The position numbers were made by a program, and so were the translations under genes. Below are positions 13,998 through 28,599 of a stretch of 64,000 bases of DNA, piece by piece. A model generated the notes under the pieces. The model worked only from the letters and a program-made list of their open reading frames with translations. It had not been told where the DNA came from and did not search any database. Each line of letters begins with the position of its first letter. The stretch's first letter is position 1. Source of the stretch: Podarcis erhardii (taxonomy: Eukaryota); the NCBI GenBank assembly GCA_964252035.1, contig OZ176200.1; one strand, written 5' to 3'.

Positions 13998-16900
13998 ATG
14001 TACGTAACATCAATCTTCTGTCTTCAGAAGTTAAGAGATCCTGAACTTCAATATATAGTTCTAATAAAGTTTCCTTTGTCAGATTTAAAAGCAATAGAAG
14101 TTAATTGTGTGCAACTTTTGTGTGTTAAAATTGCATCTTTTCTCCAGTTATGTAAGGCATAGTGCATCCACAACTAAGATCACAATCCTGTACCCACCTA
14201 GCTGGAAATAAGTTCCATTGATCTCAATGGATCTTACATCTGAATGGATGTGTTTCTTAAAAGTGTTCTTGAAGTGCCTTTCAGCAACAGATAGTGGTGA
14301 TGTTGAATATATTTTGCTCTCTTGGAGTGATATCACTTTAGATCTGAAGCTAAAGAGCTTTATATCAGGATGTGCTCACTTCTGAAGTTAAGAGACTCAT
14401 TTTCTGTAAAGATGTAGAGTTTCTTCTCCTTTTGCATGGTCCATATAATTCTAGCCTAATCTTTCTGCTGGCCTAATGTCCCATTTGGGCAGGCCTTCTA
14501 ATGGATTCATCATTTGCTTGTGGTTTGGATTAATTTCTGTCCTCTGTGTCCACATGCCATATCAACACAAGGCAAATTGCACCAGATGCAGTTTAGGTAC
14601 TCCTCAAAGGAACACTAGTATAATGAACAAACAAAAGTTGGTCAACCTTACTCCTGTCACGCTATTATCAACCTCTTTCTTTGCTTTAGGGGACAAGAAG
14701 TCCTGCCAGACATGCTAGAAGAAGGTGGCAGCCTGAAGAAAAGCCAGGATGGCAATCTTTCATCATCATCATCATCATCTTGTTCTTTTCCTTTTCCTTA
14801 ATCCTGCTTGTATGGAATGCAGGCTTTAATTGCCTTGTCGTAACTTGTACGTCTTGGTGGGGAAATGTCTTTTCTCAGTTCAGTTAGTTACTGGTTTTGC
14901 AAGTAAAATTATTAGCAAAATCTTGTGCAGTGTAGCCACCTCTGGGATGCCTCTAGGAGCTGCAATAGGGGATGGAACACTTCTCTCTGTGAATAGACTG
15001 GAAGAATAGCATTCGGGCACTATCTTCTATAAGATCCTAAGAGGAGTCCATCTTTGTTTGACCCTGCCAGCCATGCAGTGTTCTCAGTCACAGAGGGAGC
15101 ACACTTCCAGCTGCAGACCTTCTCCAATGTGTGGATATCAGGGGCTGGGACCAGCAGAGGTGGACCCACCATTTCCTTAGCACAATTAAGACCACGAGGA
15201 GGACAATGCCCAAATTGGAGTAGCATCTGAGGAGATTTGGGGGAGAGTTGAAGAACCGTGAAAAGAAAGAGAGGCTAAGGAGGTTACAGAGTGAAAGGAA
15301 GTAAAAACTGTCTGAAAAGGATCAGAAACTAAGCATTAACCACCAGTTCAGAACCATATCACACCAGTCTGCAATGGCTGTCTTAGGCTGCATTCAAATG
15401 TGGGGTTTATTTTGTGTTGCTTTTGCTGGTTATCATGCTAGTCCCTTTGCCCCAATTTCTAACATTCCCACTGCAGTACCAGTTGTGTTTATATAAATGT
15501 GGCTTTTTGATCCATATTCTGCCATTCCATGCCATGCCAAATTTTAAATGGTGGGATACCACCCCAAATTTCATCATGTGAAATTACAGCACAAATCTCC
15601 TGTGATTTGCTGGGCTTGCAAATGGATTTGGTTCTGGAAACAATGATCATGGAAATGATAAACTTCTTCGAGATTCCACCACATGGTTTTTGATGTCATG
15701 TGAACGATCACATAAAAAGTGGAAATTATGAGGTAAGGAAATATCAGGAAAACAGTGTACAATGCTCTCTGCATGAAGCCCTTTCTCTCTACCCTGAGAA
15801 GCACCAGCAACCCAGGGTCTCAGGCACAGAGGGCCCTTTCCCCACCACCTGATATCTACTCCTTTTTTAATCTAGAGATGCCAGGGACAGCAAAGGCTCA
15901 CCTAGTGGAGCACTGTCAAAGACCTGCCTTCCCAATATTGGATCCACTGCTGCCTACTAGGGTGGGGCTGTTGGAAAATTCTGTTCCACCTTTAGTTGCA
16001 GACATGGAACTGTTGTGTGTCACATGTCTGTTTACATAACACCACAGCTTGCTGGGAACTTCCGTTACGTGTATAGCTTTTGGTTTTCTCTGTCTCTGAG
16101 AAGACAAAGAGAGAGACGACATATTTCTTTGTCCTGATTTATGATTGAGAAATCCGTAGTTGTAGTATGCTTCCACAAGCCTCATGCCTATTCTGTGTGC
16201 GCAGTTCGCTCTGCTGATATAGTTTCCCCTGGCTTTGTAGCCTGGGTCGCTGATTTACATTGGAGCAGAGGCCAATGGGTCTTTGCAGCGGGACGGCTGG
16301 AAGGAGATAACCCAGCTGGGGCTAGCCAACTGGCTTTGTGACCGTCTGCATGCCATCAAGGGCAGGGTAGGGCACACCAGTGGAAGTGCCAGATTGGGTT
16401 CACTGGTGGGTTCACTCAGCCTCTCCACTGCCCTGACCTACCTCCACACTATTCCACTTTACAGAAAGTGTACATACATTTTTTTAAAAGGTAAATAGAA
16501 ATAATGCAAGATGAATCATTTTCCTGTTGTATTTATTAGCTATGTTTCCCTTATGTTCTGTGCCAAACAGCTACGGGATAAAACAAAGTTAATATCTGGT
16601 ACGTAGTGTGTGTAAAAAATGATAAAGCTCTTAAGAGGCTGTTTGGCTTCTGTTTTGGGATGTTGACAGCTATTGGATTCTTCTTTAGTGGTTCCAAATT
16701 TAATAAGGCCAAATAAATCTCTAAGAAAACACTTCAAACTAGCAGCATTCTTCTGCTTTATTTTTCTGTTCAAAGTGAAAAGTCTTCCTCTTTTGCATTT
16801 TCTTCCTCTCTATGGATTTCATGGCAATACTTGGACAAATGAGAGGCATTCTGACTTAAAAGGGGCTGTGGGGAAGAGTGCCCTAGCTCTGCCCCAGTCT

Positions 16901-17389
16901 GTGTCATGATCTGCTAAGTGGGGGGCAATCCGGGGGAGGTTTCATGCACATTTTAAAATCCTGATTTTTTTATTTCAGTTCAAGACTTTGACGTATTATA
17001 TTGTGTTTCATTTCTTCTGTCTTTGGATTATTTCTTCTTTTAATTTTTAAAAATCAAACATTTATCTGCTGTTTTGTTTCATCTTTTATATTTCTTTATC
17101 GTTTATGCATTTTCTGCTTTTAATATGTCTATAAGCTTCACTGAACAATTTGTGAAGAGGGGAGATGCACTGAATAAGCAAACTCTGCTTTAACTAGTTC
17201 AGAGTTCCCAAACTGGTGCCCTCCAGATGTTTTTGGACTAAAATTCCCACCAGCCCCAGCCAACATGATTTCTAGTTCAAAACACTCGGAGGGACCAGTT
17301 TGGGGAAAGTTGAACTAGGATAGCTTCAAAATGTAGTTCTGGAATTGGGACACATGTGCAGTTTGCTGCAGCTTTTATTTATCTCAGTT

Positions 17390-17575
17390 AATTTGCCCAC
17401 CACCACTCAGCTTATTTAAATGTGTATTGACACTGATGGTGAAACATTGCAAAAAAAAAAAAAAAAAGCAATATTGATTGCATGGGTTGTATGAATGTTG
17501 TATTTTAATGTTTTGTTGGAAGCCACCCAGAGTGGCTGGGGAAACCCAGTCAGATAGGTGGGGGATAAATAATAA

Positions 17576-17608
<33 letters not shown>
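17390..17608 (+). mobile_element. LINE (L2-like) 3' tail ending in (ATT)n
   Basis: Motif aagccacccagagtggctggggaaacccagtcagataggtggggataaataataa(att)n; related tails at ~5575-5630 and ~25800-25890. Confidence 0.6.
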
Positions 17609-17686
17609 TAGCATCAATATTTCTTTTGTCTGGTTTTCATATGCCATGGGAAGCACTGCGAAAGATTCTTGATACCACTATAGTGG

Positions 17687-17881
17687 TAAGGTAAAGGGAC
17701 CCCTGACCATTAGGTCCAGTCGTGGCCGACTCTGGGGTTGCGGCGCTCATCTCACTTTACTGGCCGAGGGAGCCGGCGTTTGTCCTCAGACAGCTTCCAG
17801 GTCATGTAGGCAGCATGACTAAGCTGCTTCCGGAGAACCAGAGCAGTGCACGGAAACGCCGTTTACCTTCCCGCTGGAGCG
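17687..17881 (+). mobile_element. Sauria/Squam1-type SINE, 5' half only
   Basis: Starts GGTAAGGTAAAGGGACCCCTGACCATTAGGTCCAGTC, matching full copies at 28600, 29411, 53143 and 57309; breaks off at GGTACCT. Confidence 0.85.
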
Positions 17882-18119
17882 GGTACCTCGGGTTAAATAC
17901 TTAATTCATTCCGGAGGTCCGTTCTTAACCTGAAACTGTTCTTAACCTGAAGCACCACTTTAGCTAATGGGGCCTCCTGCTGTTGCTGCGCCGCCGGAGC
18001 ACGATTTCTGTTCTTATCCTGAAGCAAAGTTCTTAACCTGAAGGACTATTTCTGGGTTAGTGGAGTCTGTAACCTGAAGCGTATGTAACCTGAAGCGTAT
18101 GTAACCCGAGGTACCACTG
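17882..18119. mobile_element. Tigger-like MITE lacking the first bases of its left TIR
   Basis: Body matches 787-1025; right TIR ...GAGGTACCACTG plus TA intact. Confidence 0.85.
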
Positions 18120-20048
18120 TACATCAAAATTGTTTTGATTTTTTGTTTTGTTTTATCAGTGCATGTCAAGCATGTCAGCAGAACACCATACTACAATAAT
18201 GTTGATGGGGGTAATCAAGAAGCAGTTGACTTTATAAAAACTTGGTACCTCTTTGCTACCTGCTTGATGGACAATAGTGTGACACCCTCTGCACACTCAC
18301 GTAAAACTCTGGAATAACAACATCTTTCACTGGGGTATACTGTATTATGGTAACTTGTTACTGTACATTCTTATCTGTGTAAGTTTGACAACTATGAAAG
18401 ACAATTGATGCAACCACATGTCTAATCACAGCAATGGTGTTTTGGGCAGTATTTCACTGATATGCATGTCTGCTTCTGTAAAGTGTGTGTGGGAACTGAA
18501 AACTGTTGTGCATGCAGTGTGCTGTCCAATTTTTTGAGTGGGTGGGAATCGGAACAGGGATTATTCAAAATGCTTCACTTTCACTTTGAAGACAAGACCA
18601 GGCAATACAGAATTCCCAAACCCTGGCAAGTGTTGTGAGACGTATGGCATTGGTTACAGGGAGACAACCTTCTCAGTGCTTAGCACCCCAGCTGTGAAAT
18701 GCCCTCCCCAGAGAAGCCCAACCTGGCACCTTATTTCTGCTCCTTCCGGCACCAGGGGCAGATTTTGTTTTATTTCCCCAGACTTTCTTTAGAACATCTG
18801 TGAACATTTTGCCACACTAGTTTTTACGGACCACGTATGTCCAGTCATTGTATGAAACTAGTTTTATTTATTTTTCTCGCTCTACTAATTTTTATGTTGC
18901 AGTTTGTTACTTTCATGCTTTTATAATCTAACCTTGCATCTTATGCTATTGGGCAGCCTGGAAGAAAGAAGACTGCAAACATCCAGATGCAAAGAATATC
19001 AAAAGTGTCCCTTCGGCTAACTTATCTAGTTCTGATGACTTCTAAAGTATGAACACTTTTCTTTATCTCTGTGGTAGCTTGGGTGGAATTCAACTAAGTT
19101 TTACTCAGAGTAAACCCACAGAAATGAGTGATTAAGGCCCATTAATTCCAATGAGTAACCCTTAGCTGAATACCACTACATTTTCTTCCCTTTTCTGCTT
19201 TCCTTCTTAATATGGTATTTAAAGGCTTGCACTGAAGGAGAGAGAAAAAATGTTAGAGGAGGATAAAATCTTTAAATCTGGGAAGCAGTGGTGGAATCTT
19301 TACCCCTCCAGTAATAAGTTCATAGCAGTTCTCTAATTATAACAATAGTGGTGCTCACATATCCTACGGCAGTTGGGGGGGAAAATAGTTTGACTGGTAT
19401 TCCATCATCCCCCCTCCAACTGCTAAATCTTTAATAGCATTTGTAATCTCTCCTGTCATCAAATAAGCTTCCAATAATAATTTATCTTTAGTTCTCCTCA
19501 TAGGGCTCTGCCTTGAGTAGGTAGTAAGAAATGTGCAGCACACAGCTAAATACCCGAGCAGAGCTAGCTCAAGAGATGTATCCTCTCTAGGCTTAATTAT
19601 ATCAAAATTAATACACCAATGCATTAAAATTAAATGAAAATTAATTTTTTATTCTAGATACGTGTGGTATAAATTAAACAAGAAATTGATGACAGAAACT
19701 CATTCTTTGTTTGAAACAGTTTCAGCAGTATTAATATGCCTTACCTTACTTCTTGAATGCTAATTCAGAACTCCTCCTGAGCAGTGTTAGATTTTTCTGA
19801 ACTCGTGAGAAGCCAAGACTCAGTATTTAGATTGGAAGCTTACAATCTAAATGCAGAGTTTCAGCCCCTTGTGAGTGAGCATAAGAACATCCTGATGGAT
19901 CATGGTCCATCTAGTCCAACATCCTGTTCTTACAGCAGCCAACCAGATGCCTGTCAGAAGTCCAGAAGCAGGAACAGAGCACCCAAGCATTCTCTCCTCC
20001 TGCAGCTCCCAGCAACTGGTATTCAGAAGCGTTACGGCCTCCAGCAAT

Positions 20049-20293
20049 GGCCAGTGTGGTGTAGTGGTTAAGAGTGGTGGACTCATAATCTGGTGAACTG
20101 GGTTCGTGTCTCTGCTCCTCCACATGCAGCTGCTGGGTGACCTTGGGCTAATCACACTTCTCTCTGAAGTCTCTCAGCCCCACTCACCTCACAGGGTGTT
20201 TGCTGTGGGGGAGGAAGGGAAAGGAGAATGTTAGCTGCTTTGAGACTCCTTAGGGTAGTGATAAAGCAGATTATCAAATCCAAACTCTTCTTC
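20049..20293 (+). mobile_element. tRNA-derived SINE (Squam3-like)
   Basis: A/B boxes, same body and CTT tail as 2982-3255. Confidence 0.85.
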
Positions 20294-20423
20294 CAACAAT
20301 AGAGGCAGAGCATAGCCATCATGTCTAGGAGCCGTTGCTTAGCCTTCTCCCATCACTAACTGCTGGGGGAGAAAATGCCATAATTTAGCAATGGGCTATG
20401 TAAATAAGTACTTTCTTTTTCTA

Positions 20424-20549
20424 CAGGGTAGCTCAGCCAGTAGAGCACGAGCCCCTTAATCTCAGGGTCGTGAGTTTCAGCCCCACATTGGGCAAAAATA
20501 TTCCTGCATCTCAGGGGGATGCACAAGACATCTATATGATTCCATGATC
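20424..20549 (+). mobile_element. tRNA-Lys(CTT)-derived SINE (Squam2-like)
   Basis: Head TAGCTCAG..GTAGAGCA..CTTAATCTCAGGGTCGTGAG..AGCCCCACATTGGGCA resembles tRNA-Lys and is followed by a CR1-like ATTCCTGCAT...ATGATTCCATGAT tail. Confidence 0.75.
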
Positions 20550-21130
20550 TGTCCCAAATCTAATTTTTTAGCTTCATTGAATGTCAACAAGTTCTAGCAT
20601 TATGGGAGTAAAACTTTTCTCTATCCACTCTCTGGGCCATGCATATTTTTTAATAAGTTTCTATGGTGTCATCTCCTACTTGTCTTTCCTCTAAACATCT
20701 TTCACAGAGGACAGTCCTCTGTTTGAAGGAGTCGTTTATTTGATGTGCTGTCCTGTCCACATCTGTTCAACCGCACATTGAGAGAGCAAGGAAGTTGCTA
20801 GCACTTTGAGAGCAGACTGAACAGTCACATGGATCACCTGGTCATAGTTTTCCCCACTATGGTGAGATTATTGTATTTTTATTTAAATTATAGTAATCAT
20901 TTATAAATAGGCATTATAATTTAGCATATTCCTATTTTATTTTATTTTTTTTGCAAATCTGAACCTTCTTTTATCCACTTTTGCAATATAAAATACATGG
21001 ATGAGCCTTTTCCAATGATGTAACACAGGTGCATTTTATACTCAGGGACCTCTACCAGAGGAAGCCATCCTGAGCTGAATTTCTAGATTGAATCACAGAA
21101 AAAGTAATTGGATCTATACAGTATCCATTT

Positions 21131-21417
21131 GTTTTGTTTTAAACTTTATTGAAATTCAAAAATAACATAAATAATATACACACTCTTAATTCGACAAAAA
21201 AGAAAGTGTTCGTGTACAAATATTCTTCTATGAATATGCTACCTTGTTCTTTCTGTATTTTCTAATACGTTCTTACAACAGTTTGTACCTTTTACCTTAG
21301 CTGTCACTTTAAACAAGGGTCATTCGTATGCTGCCATAGATATTGCGCCACTATTATATTTCTGTAAGTAACTCTTATACATTTCCCATTTTTGGAAAAA
21401 ATGATTGTTTTGGATAA
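21131..21417 (-). mobile_element. L1-clade LINE 3' fragment
   Basis: Minus strand encodes FFQKWEMYKSYLQKI*, an ORF2 C-terminus like those at 46623 and 55992; AATAAA/T-rich tail; ~12-bp TSD CAG(T/C)ATCCATTT at 21119 and 21418. Confidence 0.65.
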
Positions 21418-24149
21418 CAGCATCCATTTTTTAATAGACCACAGTCCTGAACAGGCATTTGCTTGAACACACAAGGGCTAAAAAGCTGGATGGGAGCAGG
21501 GTGAACCTCCAAGCCCTGCCCTCAATGGTGCTGGTTGTGCAGTGCCTCATTAGACCTTCATGTATTTAGCATCTATTGATTTTCCTTAGAAATCCATTGC
21601 AGCCCACTAAACCTGTGGTCTAAAGAGGAGTCCACATGCCTAGGGACACTGGGGACAGAACTTGCATGCATGGACCCTAAAGAGTTGGCCAGTCAAATTA
21701 CTGTGAAGAGGAAACGTAGGCCTTGGGTTTTACCTGAAGTGTCTAGGACAGAGGCTTTATGGTTATGTGGAAATCTAAATGGGCATTTTTCTATGAGCAA
21801 CCTCACTAATATACAATATTTGTATAACACTTCCACATTTTGAAGCAATAGCAAAATATTCAATATGACATAGCTTCATGCTGAAGGATGAATTTCATTA
21901 GCTATTTGTCATCATGACATCTACAAGATATCTGCTAAAAGTTACATGACAAACTGATGATAGAAAAACAATTCCATTTTCTGGGCTCTGCACCTTTGCT
22001 GCGATGTCAAAAGATTACACAGCCCTCCCCTCCCTTTTTTGCCCTAGATTGGTTGCAAATGTTTGCCTCAGTTTAATCAGAGATGAATTATCCATGGGTT
22101 TTGCAGAAAGGCTTAGATGTAGGATGAAAGAGGAAAAGGAAAGCGGCCTGATAGAGAGCCAAATGTGCCAGTTTGGTTATGTGTTTCCGATGCCAGCCCA
22201 AGTCTCACTGTACACAGCAGCAAATGAGCTCAGCTGAGAATTGTACCTTCAGTGTTCTGCTTGTGTACAGTGTATAAATCTTTTGTTTGGTATCACTGAG
22301 GGTTCTTGTTTTTTTAAAAAACTGTCAGTCATAACTATCTTTCCTGTGATCCAATTCTAGCCATCTGGATAATCTTGTACAGTAAAATAAAATATTTCCC
22401 AAGGGAGCTTGTAATTAGTGATTTAATTTTTCTTGTTTTTTGTTCTTTAAAAACCCTAGATACAAAAAGAGAAGCAAGAAAATCCAGAGGCTTTTAGTGT
22501 TTGCCACAATGAATTTTGTGGTTGTCTAAAAACACACACAAGTAGTAGCTCTTTTAGATAAAGAACTGAGAGTTGGGGGTGTTAAGAGTTGTTGCAACAG
22601 AACTCCTGACTTTGGACTTTGTGCAGAGTAGGAATGAATGCTCTACATCACAAGAATGAGTTTCAAAGCTTCACTGGAAAACGTTTTAAAATAGTTACAA
22701 TTAAATTTTGCAAAATAAAAAATAGCACATTGCACTTAAACGAGCAATGTGCCCAAGTCTTCATTTTAGTCCTTAATGGAGTTTAATTAATTTCCCTATC
22801 TCTGATCCCAGAAAAAGATCCTATGCAAGTGTCTTGCTTGATCATCACTGCATAGTTTAGCCACTATTCTGACATGCTGGGGTCTCTTTCTCCCCATGTG
22901 CTGCGAGAACACAGAGGCACTGAGTTCTTGGGTTTCATTTCCTGCTGATAGGCGCTGCAACCTGCCAACAGTTTGACCTCATTTGCAAAGGCACACTCCT
23001 CCATTGTTTCCCAAAACAGATGCATGCCAGCTATATAGGGACATAGGAAAGTGGTCCACATTGCTCAGTATTGCCTAGATGAATTGTCTAGCACTACCTG
23101 GAAATGTTGGAGATTAATGTGGTGCCATCTGCAGCCAGAGCATATTACTCTACCATGAAGCTACAGCCCTTTCCCCAAAGGACAAACATCTTTATGGTAG
23201 CAGACTTCTCATAAACATGAGCTGTGCAAAGAAGTTTGGATTGCAGAAAGAAGCAGTGCATAAGCTGTTGAAATAGTCAAAGCTAACGAGTACATTTCAA
23301 AAGGTGAATATGAACTTCTGTCATGGCCTGTTGGAACAGGTAGAGCTGAGGTATACAAAAATCCATGGAGGTTTTAATAACATCAATAGAAGAAGAGCTC
23401 TTTCCCCCTACAATCAAGTGGTATATAAATTTTATTAAACAAAACAAAGATTTTTGTGTATGTTTGTGAAAACCCATGATTAGGTTTGGCTTATTCCTAG
23501 GAATGCTATATATTAATATTCATGTTGCATTTGCCTCCGAAATGCTAGTTTGGTCTGAAACTTCTCTTCAACCCCATGAGTTGGCTTTAAGAATGCAGAT
23601 AGCTTAGAGGTGTGTGTTCCTCCTCCTCATATTCATGAACCCAGCTGCTTTATTTATTGCATCCTACTTTCATATTTTCCCCCTCTTATGGTTCATCTCA
23701 CTTGGGGCCCTGATTTCTAGTTTATTTTTCCAGTTCATCTCTCAGCGGATTTCCTATCAAAGCTGCTATGAAAATGACTTGGGGAAGAAAACCCTTAGGA
23801 TATAGAATTGCTCAACTAAAACTATTCATTGCTCCTGCTAACTGTATGAATATATGAGAAATTCAGAAAAAATAAGAACAAGAAGGGTTTTTTTGGGGGG
23901 GGGGAGGGTGTTGTTTTTCCTGAGTTGCAATGGGACTTTTAAAAAGAAACTTGTTTTGGTATAGCATGTGGGTCCTTTCTCCATCAAAAATGACAATGTT
24001 AATTTTTTAAATTATTATTTAGAAAAGTATCTATGACCCACCAAGTCATACAATGTAACATGACAGTTACTGTAGCAATATATACAATAAAAAAGAAAAC
24101 AGCAAAAAAAAACCACCAAAAAAACCACCCAGCACAACAGGAACATTAA

Positions 24150-25450
24150 AATGACAGAAGGTGGCGCTAGGGGAGGCATTGTCGCCGTGGCACGCCTTGG
24201 CGTGTGGAGTGCCACGGGGTGCAATCCTCTCCCCGGTGCTCTTTAACATTTTTATGCACCCTCTTGCCCAGCTTGTTCGGAGCTTCAGGCTGGGTTGTCA
24301 TCAATATGCTGATGACACCCAACTTTATCTGTTGATGGACGGCCATCCTGATTCGGCCCCAGATACACTGGCCAGAGGTTTGGAAGCTGTGGCTGGATGG
24401 TTGCGTGGGAAGCTAAATCCTTTAAAGACAGAGGTCCTCTGGTTGGGTCAAGACGACATGGGGTTGGGGGGGTAAACTCCCATCCCTTTAGGGAGCACAA
24501 TTAGTGCCAGCACCTTCTGTCAAGAGTTTGGGTGTAACCCTTGATGCCTCCCTCTCTATGGAGGAACAGATTACAGCTAAAGCAAAGGCAGCATTTTTAA
24601 AGGCACTGTGTTAAGAAGTTGGTTCCTTATCTTCCTGATCTAGCCACTGTGGTCCATGTGATGGTCACCTCCAGGCTTGATTACTGTAATTTGCTCTATG
24701 CGAGGCTGCCCATGAAGCTGACCCAGAAACTCCAGCGGCTGCAGAATGCTGCAGCAAGACTACTCACGGGGTCTTTGCCGTGGGATCACATTCATCCAGT
24801 GCTACACTAGCTGCACTGGCTCCTGGTGGAGTACAGGGACAGGTTTAAGGTGCTGGTTCTAACCTTTAAAGCCCTATACAACCTGGGACCCTTGTACCTA
24901 CGGGACTACCTCTTCTGGTATGCCCCACGGAGGACCTTACGGTCCACAAACAATAACATCTTGGAGGTCCCGGGCCTCAAGGAGGTTAGACTGGCCTCGA
25001 CCAGAACCAGGGCCTTTTTGGCCCTGGCCCCAGCCTGGTGGAACGCTCTGTCGCAAGAGACCAGGGCCCTGCAGGGCTTGACATCTTTCCGCAGGGCCTG
25101 CAAGACAGAGCTGTTCCACCAGGCCTTTGGTCGGGGCTCAGTCTGACCCCTCTCCTTTTACAAGACCCTGCATATAAGTGGCCTCTCTTACTCTTCTCAC
25201 CGGCTCATACAAATAGCTGAGCCTGGTGAGTACTTAAGGTTCCCAACCCCTATAGTTATAGTTAAAATTTGCGGGAAGCCATGTGATCTTATTTTGATTT
25301 TAATCCGATTTTAAGCTGTATTTCAGTAGATTGCTGAATTTTATGTCTTAATGTATTATATATTTTGATGTTAGATGCCCTGAGCCCAGTTCTGGCTGGT
25401 GAGGGCGGGATATAAATCAAATTTATTCTTACTATTATTATTATTATATT
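24150..25450 (+). mobile_element. L2-clade LINE, 5'-truncated, frameshifted RT
   Basis: ORF pieces with GVPRGAILSPVLFNIFM, HQYADDTQLY, TSRLDYCN, KLQRLQNAAARLL; (ATT)n tail at ~25430. Confidence 0.9.
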
Positions 25451-28400
25451 AAAAATAAACAATAGCATTGGCCTGCCTACATAAAAAAGGTCTTTAAGAG
25501 ATACCTGCAAATCAAATTTCTGCTGGAGGAGCATTCCAGAGCTTGGGAGCAGCGATGATAAATGTCCAACTTCTACTGGAGGGACAGTGAGGAATCTGTA
25601 ACACACGGGACAACCTGGATATAAGGGCTCAGGTATTTCCAGACCCTATAATCGTCCCTATTTCCCAAAGATGTCCCTGATTTCGAGAAGCCGTCCCAGT
25701 TTCTGATTTGATTCCAGAATGTTCTGTATTTCCTTGGAGGGTATGGAGTTATCCAACCCCCGAGCCATCTGAAGGCAACCCTGTACAGGGAACTTTTAAA
25801 ATGTTTTATTATGTTTATATACATGTTGGAAGCTGCCCAGAGTGGCTGGGGCAACCCACTAAGATGTGTGGGGTATAAATAGTAAAATTGCCAGCTAACT
25901 AGTTATTGAAGAGCAAATGCTTGAAGAAACACATTGGAGAAATGGCAAAGAGGCTCAGCTACAAAGTGGCAAACCTTTGATTCAGTTATTGCCCATGTCA
26001 TTGGCTGCCCAGACAGTTAAAGTCCCCGTCAAGTTCAGATCACCATCTGCAATGCGGGTCAGGTTCCCTGACTTGTCCATGTGATGCCATTCATTGCCTG
26101 TTACCTGTTGCTTCTTTTAAGGTATATTAACTTTCACTTTGATTGTTATGAAGGTGGGAGGCAGCTGGATTCAGTCCACTTGATTGCAGGCAGGTGAATG
26201 GTGGTGTGTGGAGTTTCACACTTAATGCAGATCCTCCCATTGCTTAGATGGTGTGTGTCTGTGTCTATCTGGGGGGGGGGTAGGGGTGGACTGCAATAAT
26301 AAAAAAAGAAAATAATAATACCGATCATTTACTTATCTTAAAGTAGGACTGTGTTTATCTAACAACCTACCATTGTGTGTCTTTATTTGGAAGCAAGTCC
26401 CACTGAGTTCAATGGGTGTTACTTCCAAGTAAGTGTGTATAATCTTATAATCAATCCTGGGAATTTTATTCAGGGATGATGAAGGCATTCTACTTTATCT
26501 AGAGCCCTCTGTTTTCCCATTTTCTTGTGTCCCACTGTTTTATTAAGTCCATTCTGCTTCCCCTCATTTATTTTCTTATGTATTCTTTCACTTTCTGATC
26601 CCCTGCCTTGTATTTCATATTCTCACTTCTTATCCCAGAAGATTTAGAAAGGGGAGGGGGAAGCCCTTTCGTGTAGCTCTGAGAAAATAGCTTGGGGAGA
26701 AGGATCCCTGGGGTGACGCCTCCGGGATGAGAAGCAAGGCAGCTTAAATATAGCAGTGAATTGGACATGGAGATGGTATGAATATAGTTAAGAGAAGAGC
26801 ATTGTTTGTTTATCTGATTGTTTGCCTGAATGGTGATTCTAATTTTGCCGTGCCAAATAACATTTTGATAAGCTTATCGAAACAGGGAAATGCCAGAGAA
26901 AATGCTTCAGTCTTAAGTTAATTAAAGCTGTAATTTCACTTGAGAATCCAGATCTGTTGACTGGTCTTTCTGGCCAGATTTCAACAAACTTCGCACAAAA
27001 TAATCGAGTCCTGGGGTATTACAGCAGCTCACATTATCAGGAAGATTATGGATGACAGCTGGGCTGGTTGATGATAGCTGAAGAAAAACAAGTTTTGCTA
27101 GCTGGAGAGATTATTACTGAAGGCCTCCCAGTGGTGTAGATGGTTAAAAAAATAATAATAATCAAATATAGACTATGCCTTTAGCTATTGGAGCTGAAAT
27201 TCAGATGATCTGGAAATCTACATATGGAAATCTGCATATGGAACCTGATGGTTTCATTTCATTAGTTCTTTCTTTCTACTTCTGAATACTGATTCCAGAG
27301 GAAATCTTTTTATGCACTGGGGGTATGTAATTGATGCAGTATTTGTGGTTTATGTTTTATTTTGTGCCTTGCTGAAATAATAGAAGATGCTATCAGTGAC
27401 AATGGATGGAATGTTATGCTCCATCTCATATGTGGATTTATTACCAATGCTTAAAAAAACACTAGCAGGCTGATGGTATGTGCATACTATATGTGCTTTT
27501 AACCCGTATGTATGTACTTTAGCTGTTGTGGTGCCAGCAGCAGTTTCTGCTACAGAAACTAAAGACCAATACATTGTAATCTGCCTGGCTTCCATAACAA
27601 TCTCTTGTAGCTGTGCTGAAAATTTACTCACAATATTTTAACATGTCTGCTTCACCCTTATTTCAAGAAGTTCAGGATACATGGGCTTCTCCCCTCTGCT
27701 CTGCTCTGCTCCCTATGAGGTTAGCGTAGATTGCGGAGTAGCATCTCACTTACATTCCTACTTGTTCGAATTCTAACCATTAGGCCACACTAACTCTCAA
27801 TATATAGGGAGCACCTATCAGAAGCAGGTTGGCACCCAGACATATTCCTGATGCATTATTACATTTTCATCCCACTTTGCTCAAATGCATCCCTGTTTCT
27901 TTGTTGTAAGCCACCTTGAGAACGGTTTTTGTGCATGGAAAAATGGCATACAAATAGAATGAATGAATGAAGGTGGCATACATGGTTCTCCTGCTATTTT
28001 ACCCTCAAAAGGCGGTTGAGGCTGAGATGTAGTAACTGGCTCACCCAGGGACCTTCACAACAGTGGAGAATTGAACCTGGGTCTCTCAAGTCCTAATACA
28101 CATTCTAAAGAGTACGCCACTCTGGTCCTGTGACTATCCAGCAGAGCTAGAGCAGCAGAAAACAAGAAAGAGCACAATGGCGAAGAGAGCTTGGAAGAAT
28201 CTGTTACATCAAGGGCAGATCCAGGATGGAATCAAGGCAGGCTGGCAAATGAGGAAGAGAACCAAGTTAGAACCTAGTGGGTTATGAGAATAGCCTGGCA
28301 GAAGTTGAAGGCTAATGCAGGGAACTCTGGCACAAGCAGAAGCTGAGTGCAACAGCACTCTCCCCTTGTGCAGTTTCTAACAACTGCCTCTGACATTGGA

Positions 28401-28599
28401 GGCAGAAAGTTAGTAGCCATTGATAGACAACTTCATGAAAGATAAGGCTAACTCTTTTTAAGAGCGATCCAAATTGGTGGTCACCATCCCATGTTGTGCA
28501 AGAAATTATATAATTTAGCTATATGCTCTTACTATGTTTTTGTCAATATTGAATCTTTCAACATGCAGCTTTTTTCAGTGTCCATGAGTTCCAGTGCTA

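Larger units (their letters stand above)
19878..20700 (-). mobile_element. CR1 LINE 3' region interrupted by two SINEs
   Basis: cataagaacatcctgatggatca...ccatctagtccaacatcctg...agccatcatg...ttctctatccactctc is the antisense of the CR1 3' end seen at 44243-44800. Confidence 0.6.

Noticed and set aside
20424-20495. Possible tRNA-Lys(CTT) gene
   Set aside because: Broken acceptor and T stems and an altered B box (GAGTTTCAG), and it runs into a CR1-type tail, so it is a SINE head.
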